The translations under genes were made by a program, and so were the position numbers. This document shows positions 21,153 to 33,495 of a stretch of DNA of 39,822 bases, in pieces. The stretch comes from Octopus bimaculoides (Eukaryota), in assembly GCF_001194135.2 (NCBI RefSeq), contig NC_068985.1, positions 43,387,658-43,427,479 of the forward strand. Reading direction: 5' to 3'. The notes beneath the pieces were generated by a model that worked only from the letters and a program-made list of their open reading frames with translations, did not search any database and had not been told where the DNA came from. The first letter of the stretch is position 1; each line of letters begins with the position of its first letter.

Positions 21153-23689
21153 CACCTTTCACTGTACCTTCAGAGTTCAAAATGTCAATGGAGTTAACTC
21201 TTGATTCTCTACTCTTTTAGATTAATAAATTAAGTAATATTTGATGCTGTTTAGCTGCCAGTCGGTCCTAATTGAGCAGAAGACCAATGATCAAAGGCAT
21301 TCCAGTCATGACTATTTCATCATGTTTTTGTATGTGTGTATCTTAATGTATCTTTCAATATATATCAATATCAACATGCTTATTTTTTGGCCAGTAGAGT
21401 GCAATTTGAAGAAGATTTAGCTGCTATTTCTTGCATGTTGAGCCATGTAGATGCATCCATGTTAACTAGAGTGAGTATTAGCCATATACTGAGCTGGTTC
21501 AATCAATTATATCTCACCCTTACACATTAGTGTACCCTGGGTTGTTGCAAGAAATCTATAAATAGTGAGTGCTTTAGTATAAAATCATCTTCTGTGAGCA
21601 GGTCATTCTTGTACTACCCTTATACATTCACTGTATTTTAAGTCTGTTCTATTCCTAATATTTTCCATTTTTGGTTTCTCTCTTCCTCTTTTCCATTCAT
21701 TTTATCTTCTATTAACAGTGTCTGTAAATCATTTTTCTTTTATATCAAGTGCAAAATATTTTTCTCTCTTTGATGGTGTCCAGTTATATTTTCTTAGATT
21801 TTGCCATTCTTAGTACTATATTGTTAGTTTTGGAACAAGAAAACTCTTAATAATTAAAGTCTGTAAGCTGAACTCCATTCACAAGAGCTGTCTCACTTCT
21901 TTAACACTGCTAACATCATACTTACATCACAATCTCCCAAAACCTTTTCATATAATAAAATCTCTACCTTTTAGCATATTTAAGAGATAAATTTTACTAC
22001 TATAACTATATTTTATTAATATACAAAGGTGACATCATCTTAAAATAATTTCTTTAAGATATAATTTATAAAGCATTTTATAAATTCATCGATGTAAAAC
22101 TGGTGTAAACCAGTTGCTGATATGAACTATTAATAAATCTGAAAGTCTGACTAACTTCCAGGTCAAGACAACCTATGCTAAGAGATCAATTTAATCATCT
22201 GCAGCAGGCTATTAAGCTATTGTTCAGTGTATGTACGTGTGTGTCAGCGTGTATGTGTGAATCTTTTAGTTGATTGTGATGGTGGCATACTTTTACAGTA
22301 AGTTCTATATTGACTGAACTACTTTGTGCAAGTCATATGATGCTGCTAACTACACTATATAAAGGTGCTGGAAGAGTTCTCCATTGAAAATTTTAATCAG
22401 AATCTCTCTAAAACTAATATTATAGTAACATTACAGTAATTTATTTTATTGTATATTTATATTTGTTTTATTCATTATTACACTTTAAGCAAGAAAAGTC
22501 TGTTAAATGTTTGCACATTGTCTGAGAAATAAGCCTGCAATTTGGTTTCAATTCTCAGTTGGAACCATCTGAATTCACAGACATCTCTAACTTGACATAG
22601 TTTTGAGATGAAAGGCATAAATGCTGAAGAATCTGGTTAAACTTTCTTAATATATCTGATACTTTCTTTTTTCTTTGAATAGTTAAGCTCAAGCTAACAT
22701 ACTTAATGCATTAAAAATTGGTAATGAACAATGCAGTAGTAAGGAGTGAATCTGGTATTGACAGTATGGTGAGACAATTGTGGATGTGTTCCAGTATTAT
22801 TAAACCTCTTCAGTTAGGTATAGTATTTAACAGTATCTCATTTTGCTCTTGTTTATCACAATTGGCAAATTGTACTGTCAGAATGATTGTCTCTTATCTT
22901 TATGCATGTACAGTTCATGTTCAGTGTTTTTGATATATGTGAAACCTATAAAACTCAACAATTTAACAATTTGTCACCGAAATCCTACCTTTTTTAAATT
23001 AAAGATATAACAATGGAAGAATAAGCATTTCATTTCTTTTTTAATTAGTCATTGCAAAACATTGCTGCTGCTGCAAACATGGCAATAATTTTTATTATTG
23101 TAGAGTGCTTAGGATGAGTAAGGCTTGAAAGGAGCCATTTCTCAACAAGTCACATTTTCAGAATGTGACCCCCTTCTATTATTATAATTTCATTGATAAT
23201 TAAGGTACTTATAGGAGTATTAAATCAAATCCAGTAGTTGACTGATACTTAAATGTATCTGTCAGAAAGATGAAAGGCAAGTAGACCTCGGTGCAGTTTA
23301 AATTCAGAAGGGCCAACAATTCTGCCAATCATCTGTGAGTTAACCACAACATTTCAGGCTGAGAAAAAATTATCAGTTATAAACATATTTTCCAGCTGAA
23401 ATGCATTTCATCATCATCTGTTGGTAATGTCTATTTACAGCTGTATATAATGAGACAATAGTAGTGTAGTGACCTAGGTTAAGGACACAGTTAATTGCTT
23501 TTAAAATGGAATATGAACAATTAACCTTTTACAATACTTTAAACAGATGATTGGTGTAAAACTAGACAGGCCTTATTGCTTTATCTTACTGTCTGACTTC
23601 TAAAATACTATATTTTATCTAGAGCGTTCAGATCTGTAAATATCAATTTAACTTCAAAGAAATAATAAATTAATTCTGGCCCTTCGAAA

Positions 23690-23840
23690 TACAAGCACAG
23701 CTAATTTTTGCCAGCTAAGTAGACTGGAGCAATGTCAAATAAAAAAATCTTTTTCAAGGACTCATCACACTGTTGGGAATTGAACTCATGACCTCATGAT
23801 TGTGAGCTGAATACCCTAACCTCTAAGCCACACACCTTCA
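23690..23840 (-). mobile_element. tRNA-derived SINE head fragment
   Basis: The reverse complement gives gtgtggcttagaggttagggtattcagctcacaatcatgaggtcatgagttcaattccc (A and B boxes). Confidence 0.7.
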
Positions 23841-24176
23841 CTACACACACATACACACACACACAAACCCCTATTTCTTTAATGTTTTAATTATTACATT
23901 TTTTTTTTAATTGCAGAATGGTGGTAATGGTGATGTGCTTCTTTAAATTTTTAACATGAAGGTTTGTCCCATGGGCATTTTGTCCTGCATGCTGTCAGAC
24001 CGTTGAGCCAACCTCTGTGTTTGTTGTAAATTGATGTTGCAAGAAAAAAGATGTGAAGGGAATAAAAAAAAAAAGAGGACTAGGTGCCATTGTCAGAATG
24101 GGGCCTGGTGATGGTGAGGAAGTGTGGTAGGAAGTTTCTTAGCAGAAGTAAAGTAAAACCAACCAGAACTGAGGGC

Positions 24177-24234
24177 AGAAGACACTAGTTGTGGAACAGA
24201 GAGAAGACACTAGTTGTGGAACAGAGAGAAGACA
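24177..24234. repeat. 25-bp perfect tandem duplication (2.3 copies)
   Basis: agaagacactagttgtggaacagag twice, followed by agaagaca. Confidence 0.95.
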
Positions 24235-24629
24235 ACATTTGTGGACTAGCAATTGGAGTGTATTAATGACTGACTTCATACCAAGTGGTTGAGTGTCCTT
24301 TTTTTTTTGGTTATGATCTCAGATGTTCATGTGTGTGATAGCAGCAGGAGTGTCCAAAATGAAAGAGAAGCACTCTTTTGCAGGCTTCACCTGAACTTTA
24401 TTGAAGAGCTTGAAGGCACCATAAGCATACCCCAGCAATTATTTAGACCTATTGACAGTTGTTTGCTGCTGACATCTCTACACCTCATCCCCCAATAAAT
24501 ATGGATTCTCTCTCTTATTTTAATGATTTAAAAGTCTGAAAGATAGAGAGTTATATAAAGAAACATTTGAAAATGGTCTTGGAGGTATACATCTAAAGCT
24601 AAAAAGACAGTAAAAAAAATAGTTTGTAG

Positions 24630-25350
24630 TATTACTTCTGGCTCTTTGTGTTTCATGTTCAAATCTCATCAAGATCAGCTTTGCCTTTCATCCTTCTGGG
24701 GTTGATAAAATAAAGTACTAATCAAATACCTAAATTGGAAGCAATTATTATTACCACTGTTATGACAACAGTGCCATAACAATGATTAACTTTGCTTGCT
24801 TCACAATCCTGACGATAATGTCCACTAACTCTCTCAAGGCTTTCTTTTGTTTGTCTATTGTTCTGATCTAAAACCAAATGTTGACTAAGAAAAAAATTTT
24901 ACCATGAGAAATGTTGAACATTTCCACTTTGTGTTGTGGAAACTCTTGTTATGGTAATAAAAATGAAAGCATTGTTTTCTTTCTTTTCTGTTTTTCCTGA
25001 AAAATTTCTATTGAAATGCATCACAATTTATAATATGGCAATTAACAGGAAAATAGGTATTTCTGACTTTATTCTAAAGAACAGAACAAAAATTATCTAG
25101 TGCATTAAAAAAAATCATAATTTTATCAGATTGTATGTTATAAGTATTGTATATTAAGATTCTTGAATGTGGTAAGGTGGCAAAGTTGTTAGCAAGCCAG
25201 ATAAAATGCTTAGCAGCATTTCTTCCAGTTTTACTTTACTTTCATCCTTTCTGGGTTGATAAAAGAAGTATGAGTTGAGCATAGGGGTTGATGTAATTGA
25301 CTATCCCATGTCCCACATAATTTCAGGCCTTCTGCCTATAGTAGAAAGAA
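24630..25350 (+). mobile_element. Two degenerate SINE fragments sharing a central domain (about 24630-24730 and 25170-25350)
   Basis: Both contain ctttcatcctt.(c/t)gggg?ttgataaaa, a conserved SINE central-domain motif. A related minus-strand fragment lies at about 23190-23310. Confidence 0.6.
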
Positions 25351-26266
25351 TATTAAGATTCTACAAAAGAAAAAAAGTACGAGAGAAAAGAAAAACAAAC
25401 AACAGACTAGTTTAATTTTATCTATGGATCCTTCTTATCATTTGTCAAACTGTTTTCCATAAATTTACAGTCTAGCTTAAAAAAAAATTTTTTTCAGGTT
25501 TATGTTACACATATTATTGAAGAATCATAATCTCAAATATTTGAATATAAATCTGAAAAAATTTTAGAACAGAATCAAAACTGAACAGTAATCTACAATG
25601 CTCAAAGCATATACATCCAAAAAATTACCAGGTTTTGGCACATATGATAATTTCTGACTTTGTTCTTTAGGAATGCTAGTTTTTTATAATGGAATTCTCT
25701 CCTTATGTCAAAGCTTTCAGAAATGCAACCCTTCAGTAACAAGGGGCATAGTTGTTTTATAAGAATAAAATTGAATTGCCCTGAAGTATCATAGAATTAT
25801 TATATCATAATATTGTTTACATACATTCTATAAAACTTTATGATATCAATGATAGGAGGTCTTTGCCTCAATTTGAACCTAGATTCTTTTTTCAAGTAGA
25901 AGGTTTCAATAGCAACAAAACAGAATCTTTCATATTAAGTGATGTCATGAAAAATCTAACCAATGACTCCAACAACTTACACATTAACTTCTTAAACTGA
26001 TATCAGCAAAAATCTAGTGAATCTGAAATTGTTGATTGAAGATCAGTCAAGCTTATGAAAAGAAAAGTAAACAATCAAGCATCTGTCAAACAGATATGGT
26101 CAGACAGAACTGGACAAGTGTATGGAGGAGTGATGCACTCATGCATGAGGTTAGGCTACTTGTTTTTGACAACTTGATTGGTCAGAATGAACATTCACAT
26201 TCTGCAACACCCAATGACTAGACTATTAATTTCAAAATAAACCACATTTATTTACTCACCCCTCCA

Positions 26267-26268
<2 letters not shown>

Positions 26269-26311
<43 letters not shown>
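26269..26311. repeat. (TC)n microsatellite
   Basis: Direct read. Confidence 0.95.
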
Positions 26312-26315
<4 letters not shown>

Positions 26316-27294
26316 CTCTCTCTCCCTTTCCCTCTCACTCTATATCTCTCTTTCATTGACACAGTCCCACAAGGATTTACTAAATTACTTAGGTGAGCAC
26401 AGCACTCTCTTACAGAATCAGACTACAAACAACAATAATCTTAATTTCTTCCATTTTCTTTTGGAATAGACATTTCCTGATTTCAACAATAAACAATAAA
26501 ACAATGGACTTAAACAACAGACTAGTTTAATTTTCTCTATGGATCCTTTTTATCATTTGTCAAATTAATCTCTACTTGACCATTTGCAGAACTAATGTAC
26601 AAACTATATTGGAATAAAAGTAAATTAAAATGTTATAAAAACTTCCTTTCTTCCTTAGAAGACTAACCATAAAGCAACTGCTATGAAGACAGTTTGTGTA
26701 TGTGATATAATTTGAAACAACGTCTCCTGTATGTAAGATAGCCATCGGCAGTTATGTTTATATGAATATGTGTTTGAACAGATTTCCACTAAAACATTAT
26801 CAAAATATTCTGCATGTTGTCCTCAATGTCTTGTTTAAGTTATGTAAATGTTATTGTAAACTTTGTATAACTATACAAATATGTCACCTTATAGACTATT
26901 GTCCTCCATGTATCTAATGTATTTATATTCAGGAAAAACAGATAAAGAAAAAAATTTTCAGCATTTATATTCTGAGCTTTCTCTCCTGAAAATCTTTTGT
27001 ATTCTGAATCCTTGCTACTTAGTATTTCTCTACAGAACATTTTAAAGGCCATTTGTGAGTTATTTGTTCCCATTTATTTGAAGCTCTTATGTAGATCTTT
27101 ACTCAATTGTTAAGTATATGACTGACTTGCATGCCTATTTCCAAGAGCATATGTGAATCACAGTTCAGTGACTGAAATAGTATTTATTTTGACCAACTAT
27201 TCATAGTATAGTACAGATGATAGGATGCCTACTGGATCCCACAGCTGAGAAACTGACCTTTCAATAACCCTGTTCACTTAGATAAAATTAAATG

Positions 27295-27460
27295 TTAAGC
27301 ATTGGCATGTCTGTGTGGTTAAGAGGATTGGCTCATAAACACATTGTTTTAAGTTTGATTCCACTGCATAGCACCCTGGACAAATGTCTTCTACTTTAGT
27401 TTCAGGTTGACCAATACTTTGTGAGCAGAGTCTGCCAGACAGAAGCTGTACAAAAGCTTG
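27295..27460 (+). mobile_element. Degenerate tRNA-derived SINE
   Basis: ggcatgtctgtgtggttaagagg...gtttgattccactgcatagcaccctggacaaatgtcttctact, the same head family as 10032. Confidence 0.7.
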
Positions 27461-27877
27461 TTGTTTATGAATTCATGTGGATGTGTAGAGCTTTCGCTGA
27501 TGTATATCAGTAAAATATATGAACATCAGTGAGAAAACTGAAAAGAACAGTGTTTTACACTCAAGATAACATGTACCATAACATGATGGTGCTTTAATGA
27601 AATGAAATCAGATTCAACTGAATAATTTACAAACTATTTATGTGATCAACAGTTCTAACTTTATGCCTAGTAGTTATAAGTGTGCTAGGTACCATTACTA
27701 ACCGACTATGTAGTTTCCTGATTGAGATCAGAGTAACTACGAAAATTGTATTTGTACAGAAATTTATTCTAATAAGAACAGCAAAGATTGTTTGAAAAGA
27801 CTTCAATATTTATAGAAACTACTTGTAACCTGGTTTCAAGGTCATTGATTTAAAATGTAACATATTAATGCATACCT

Positions 27878-27878
<1 letters not shown>

Positions 27879-27920
<42 letters not shown>

Positions 27921-29063
27921 TTTCTTCTATTGGCCACATGGACCTAAGATATGGAGGACAATATCGAAGGATGATTTACAGCACAAAAAAATTACACAAA
28001 AGCCCAAAAATATGTGGTGTTAACATCAATAAAGGGGAGATACTACTACATTAAAGGATATAATAGAGGATATCTAATAGAAAGTAGAGAAATGAATAAT
28101 AAATAAATAAATAAATAAATAGAATCCCCAATAATGAGGCAGTCCACTTAGGGTAATCCAGGGTAAACCCCACACAAAAATCCTGGATTACCCTGCCATC
28201 TCCAAGGCATGGGAATGTGCCCTCTTCCAGTTTCTTTCCTTCTGCTTAGAAAATCCTATTCAGAATAGATCCATTCAATCTCACCAGTGTCGCCGCTGTT
28301 GACTACCTTTTGATAAACACACTAGAAAGCAGCACCTCCCTCTCTACCCTCACCTTCCTCTTCAAATGATATCTGAAGAAATTGATCAGGACTTGACCAG
28401 ATAGGAAAGTGCCTGTCTTCAAACCTTTCAGATGGGTCCACCATACAGCCTCTTTTGCCACAGCGACTAAGCAGAAAATGATCTGCTAAGAGAAGGTCAT
28501 GCATTAATCTTCACTAAATACTCGGTAGACAGCTGAATATGTCTTACATGCAACAGCAGCTGCTCCACACAATCCCACAACTCTCTAATGCATGGAGACT
28601 GAATTATTGCATGCAGGACGGTTTCATCCCACCGGCAAGCACCTTAGGCAGGTTTGGCTGTTGTCACTTCATGCCTGAAGAGCTTGTCTTGAATGGGCAA
28701 TGCCCCTCTGTAGCACTGCCAAGTCAAAGACTTTTGGAAATTGTCCATGATCTTTGACTTGAAGGTCTTCTGGAAGAGACTACTCAGACTGTGCTCGTTG
28801 ATGCCTAGATTTAGTCCTAGGCCACCATCACTCATACCCTCAACTGGCCTCCTAAAGAAATCTTGGGTTGTTTTCTCACTAATGTATTTGAGCAGCTGAT
28901 ACAATGCAGTGAGCACCTGGCAACATTCTAGATGCCAAATGCCCAACCTTGGTCTACATTTGACCCATGACTGCAGCTCTGTCAATGAGATGAGCTGTGG
29001 AACGACATGTCGCACGAAAGATGCCCACACCAGTTCACCCTTATTTTCATCGCCAATAATAAT
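27879..29063 (-). pseudogene. 5'-truncated L1/Tx1-clade LINE (ORF2 C-terminus with decayed zinc-knuckle region, 3' UTR, (ATT)n tail)
   Basis: The minus strand gives ELVWASFVRHVVPQLISLTELQSWVKCRPRLG...MDNFQKSLTWQCYRGALPIQDKLFRH, then DETVLHAIIQSPCIRELWDCVEQLL, and in a shifted frame AVAKEAVWWTHLKGLKTGTFLSGQVLINFFRYHLKRKVRVEREVL. The tail is (TAA)n at 27879-27918. aataataat at 29055-29063 is a possible TSD. Confidence 0.85.
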
Positions 29064-29329
29064 GGATTCAGAATGGACTAAGCCTAAGGAACCACATGTG
29101 TCAGATGGTGAATTAAATTTACCACCAAAAAGAAGAAAAAAAAGCAAAAGAAATTAGGTATAAGTCATTTAACAGACTTATGTCAACCCAGTTTCATTCA
29201 CAATGTTTTAGTCAACTCTAAGGCCTCTCCCCCACCCCTCTACTGAAATAGTCATTATCCTCTTTACTGCAAGACACCTGTTTCTATTCCTCTCTCATAT
29301 TCTAACCTCTATCACCTGCCACAAAGCCA

Positions 29330-29680
29330 TCTCCCTCAACACTACATCCCCTCAGTTGAGGAGTCTTGTCTTGCAGGCTATTTGGTGGCCTTGCTGGTGC
29401 TGGTACCACATAAAAAGTACACAGCACACTCTGTAAAGTGGTTGGTATTAGGAAGGGCGTCCAGATGAAGAAATCATGTCAAAGCAGATATTGAGCTTGG
29501 CACAGTCTTCTGGCTTGTCAGCTACTGTCAAACCATCCTACTCATGCTAGCATGGAAGGTGGACATTAAATGGTGATGATGTTGATGAAGGCTATGGCAG
29601 AAGACACTTTTCCTGAGGTTCATGCAGTGGGATTAAACCCATAAGCATATAATGACAAAGTGACCTTAACTACACAACCA
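29330..29680. mobile_element. SINE with (GAT)n tail (+, about 29330-29592) abutting a minus-strand tRNA-SINE head (about 29595-29680)
   Basis: ...catgctagcatggaaggtggacattaaatggtgatgatgttgatg tail, then gaagacacttttcctgaggttcatgcagtgggattaaaccc. Confidence 0.7.
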
Positions 29681-30225
29681 TAATGAGTTTTCAATCTTCC
29701 TCAACACAGGAAATTCTAATGCTTTCTCTTACAAAAATCAGCTTTTTAAAGGGGACACAAGGTGTTTCCCCAGTTACTGTTATCCAATTCTGTGTTACAT
29801 GATCTTATATCAGATATATATCACACATAGTTCTCTTCTAAAAATATGTTTGGTAATATCTTGCATCCTAGACAGAAACAACAGAATTACACTCCAATTT
29901 GACCAAGGAAGTTATGCTTTTATTTGTTATACAAGGTAATTAGATTATACTTCTTCAACACTTTTATTAAAGCTAAGTATCTACTTCATTTCTAATTTCA
30001 AATGATAATGAGACACATTAAGTTTTGTTTCCTTCATTTAAGTACTGTTTCTGTGTTTAAGGAAACCATCTTTTAGCATATATTTAACAAACCTTATTGA
30101 ATGAATTGATAAGGAGTTGGATAATGGTTGACAGTTTGTATGCAACTCTCTCTCCATGGTTCCACATGCCACATATTTCCCAAGAATACAAGTCAACATA
30201 TTTTCTGGCATACAAGTCAACACAG

Positions 30226-30280
30226 CATATAGTGTAAACATATAGTGTAAACATGTAGTGTAAACATGAAATGTAAACAT
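30226..30280. repeat. 13-bp minisatellite (about 4 copies)
   Basis: catatagtgtaaa catatagtgtaaa catgtagtgtaaa catgaaatgtaaa cat. Confidence 0.9.
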
Positions 30281-32319
30281 TCAAACATTGTTACTATCTT
30301 TTCAAATCCTGCTGCATTTCCCATAGAAGTTTAGGTCTTCCAAAGTTGTCTTGGTATGTAAGTCAACCTATCTTTTATGTCAGTAAATTTTGGTCTGAAA
30401 ATATTGACTTGTGTACCAGCAAATACAGTAAGTCTGTTATAGTTACTGAGACTGGTAATTAAATATAAATATTATCAATATAAAACTGGGATGTATCCAA
30501 TGATAACAGAAGCATTAGTGGGAGTACTATATAGCTGAGCTTGTTGTTAGCTTCCAGTGTGAAGACCACGTGTTTTTCTGAGCTCAGAGACATTACCAAT
30601 AAATAGATCCAGTATTTAATCTCAAACTACATACCCACCATAATTGACAGGCACATAATCAACCCCTTCAACCCTAATATTACACTATAAATTTAAAACG
30701 GGTGTTAGTAATTTTTTAAATTTATTTATCTACTCCAGTTTATAGTAGAAGAAATTGAGAAGAAACATAGTGTTAGTGTGTGAAACTTTTCCAAACAGTC
30801 AGATAATGACCTTTTGGTGATGACTTTATGTGTGTACATGCGTGTGTGCATGTGTGATAAAAACTGAGTTGTTCTTCAACTTTATCAGTAAGTAATCTGA
30901 AGTATTTTCTGGTTTTCGTATGTGCAATAAGCCACTGTATGTTAAACTCATCAATCACAGCCACTCACAAGATTGGTGGCTGACTTGATTGACAATAAAG
31001 TTTCCTCAACAGTATACATGGTGTTGTTTAATGCTAGGCTTGACATGATTGAGCGGATCTATGATGAAAGGTCTTTTTTCATATATCTATGACATTGTTA
31101 ATGTGTCATTTTTGAAAGCAGTAGAATATGATTTGAGGAATACTTGGCTTCTATTTTCAGCAAGTCAAGTGACCACAAACAGGCTTTTTCTCATTGGCTT
31201 ATTGATTTTGTGTAATAGTGAATCATATCAATTATTTAGTTCCAATGCTCTGAAATGGCAGAAATTTTCCTTTGTTATGTCTCAAGAATGTTGGTTGATA
31301 GGCCACAATAGCAAGTATTGCCTTGTTAGAGACATCACATGCCAATGAAATGTACTTTGTTAGAGACATTACACATCACTGTATAATGTACATTAGCAGT
31401 AAAAACAAAAATATTGTAAACTGATGTTAAGGATTAGCTGAACAAGGAGTTGGTCATGGAACTTTTGGGGCGAAATGAAGTAATTTAGCTGAGGTTTTAA
31501 CCTAAAAGGGTAATAGATTCTGTTGCATGCTATCACTCAATGACATAGTAGCAGAGACAAACAAGAGGCATGGTATGTTGATAGCAAACCCATTACTAAC
31601 TCCACCAGTAAAAGCAATACAAGCACAAAAGAAGGGAGCTCATATTGATCTTTTGGCCTGCTAGAAACAGTAGCCAAATCTCTTTCAAATTATTCTCTAA
31701 TTTCTTAATAAGGAAAGACTCATTAGATTATGAAGTTCTAAATATACTGTGAGTGAAAGGATGGGATGGTCACGGTTAAGTTTCAAATACCTTTGATCAT
31801 TGAATTAGGTGATGCTGGTGAAGATGGAAATATCTGATTAAGATTGTTATTCCTTGCTATTAATGATTTCAAAATTATTGATTCATTTATGAAAACCAAA
31901 CTTGTAATTTAATTATAAGCTTATAATCTAACACCAACAAGGCTCTAGAAGATAAGGTAATTAAGTAATTAACCAGAATATTGACAGTAAAGATAGCCTA
32001 ACAGTGATTTAATTGTAGTGATTGTTTTAAAGTTATCATTTATGGTAATACTTTGATTTGAACTCTAGATATGTTCTTAAAATATGCAGTACTATACAGG
32101 GTCACTATCATGTAGCATAAACAGTTTATTTTTAAATGTAAAATGAACAGACCACCAATTGTTGAAAAATCCAATGTCTTACTATTCACCTTCTAAATGA
32201 ACTCCACAATGTGATGCACATTATGATCTAAAATTATGATAAAATTAGATGACAAAATTTGATTGAGATGTAATATTATATAATTATGAAATAGGTTAAA
32301 TTAATTTTGATCATTGCCA

Positions 32320-32541
32320 TGTAGTCTTATGAGCTCATGATGATCTCACAAGTACTGGTTGGCATAAAAAAAAAGCACCCAGTACATATCGTAAAGTGGT
32401 TGGTGTTAGGAAGGGTATCTAGCCATAGAAACCATGACAAAGTAGATGCAGTCCTTGGACCCATTGGATTCTGTCGAACCATCTGACCCATACCAGCATT
32501 GAAGATGGACATTAACAATTATGAAGATGATGATGATGATG
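32320..32541 (+). mobile_element. (GAT)n-tailed SINE fragment
   Basis: aagcacccagtac...aaagtggttggtgttaggaagggtatctagcc...cccataccagcattgaagatggacattaa...gatgatgatgatg. Confidence 0.75.
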
Positions 32542-32560
32542 AGTGCAGAGGCCGACTTAC

Positions 32561-32679
32561 CATTACTTCCGTTGAAAAGCATCACAGGAATAAGACAGAT
32601 GAGGTTAAATCTGGTACAAGAGACCCAGTTGTCGTTCTTCCTTGCTTTCCAAAGAACACACTTAATGCCATGTGTGAAT
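32561..32679 (-). other. Candidate internal exon (119 nt), product unknown
   Basis: Acceptor tttactgcag and consensus donor ATG|gtaagt, in non-repetitive sequence of higher GC. One frame is open (FTHGIKCVLWKARKNDNWVSCTRFNLICLIPVMLFNGSN). Confidence 0.35.
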
Positions 32680-33310
32680 CTGCAGTAAATGGAGTAGCAC
32701 ATTGCATGGTTTTACTGTAGCTCAAAGGTTGTTGATGGTATTGTTTGACCTTGATCAAGCAAACTTTTGATCAAAAGTGTTCTAGTTATAAATATCCTGT
32801 TTCTTTTTCTACAAATAGTGTACCAGGGCTACATTCTCCATTCCTTTTTTTTAAAGTCAGTAGTGTGAGATTTGAGAGAGATTTGGATGCTATTTCTTAC
32901 AGGTAAAGTAACCAACTGATCTAAATGTTTTCAAGGATGAAGTGGTGGTGTTAAGCAGCATGACCTAAGAATACGGATATCTTTTGTAATATTGTAATTT
33001 CTCTTCCAACCTATTTCTGATAAAATTAATAAAAACTAAAAATTACATTCAATATGGAGACTCATGTCAGTTTCTTGGCATTTGTTTTCTCCTAGTTGTA
33101 TACAAAGACACAGTGGCTGAGAGGTTTAGAAGTTTAGTTTGTAATCATTAGATCACAACTTTGATCCTTCCATTAGATGTTTTGAACAAGTAACATTTAC
33201 CAAAACCTCAAATAGACTCAAGACTTGTGAGTGGATGAAAACTGTAGAAGGTCGTCAGATAAACTGTAACTGCACTTCAAAAGTCTATATTGTTTTGCCT
33301 GAAAATTACA

Positions 33311-33495
33311 TTAACCTTTTAGCATTCAGATGTAATGGTTATTTATTCACACTATTTTGAAATAATCAAGCATTATTTTGTAACTTCAAGATTTCAATGA
33401 TGTAACTGCTTATTTTTTAGAATGACATTGTAGGGTAGGTGTGAGAAGCTAGATAAGGTTTGTTTGAACATAATACATGCAAAATATTTGAACTG
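33311..33495. mobile_element. Partial piggyBac-type MITE (family of 19933 and 37643)
   Basis: ttaaccttttagcattcaga...tagggtaggtgtgagaagc...gtttgaacataa...aaaatatttg parallels 37643-37800. The right TIR is not recognisable. Confidence 0.65.

Noticed and set aside
23917-23961. Plus-strand 45-nt segment with a strong acceptor and AG|gtttgt donor
   Set aside because: All three frames contain stops and I found no supporting partner exons. It could be a UTR exon but is unsupported.
24177-24234. Direct repeats as a CRISPR-like array
   Set aside because: The repeats are contiguous with no spacers, the context is eukaryotic, and there are no cas genes.
24289-24498. 69-aa ORF with moderately GC-rich sequence
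   Set aside because: No recognisable domain on either strand and no donor site.
28909-29157. 82-aa plus-strand ORF as a standalone gene
   Set aside because: Its first 48 codons are antisense to the L1/Tx1 ORF2 remnant.
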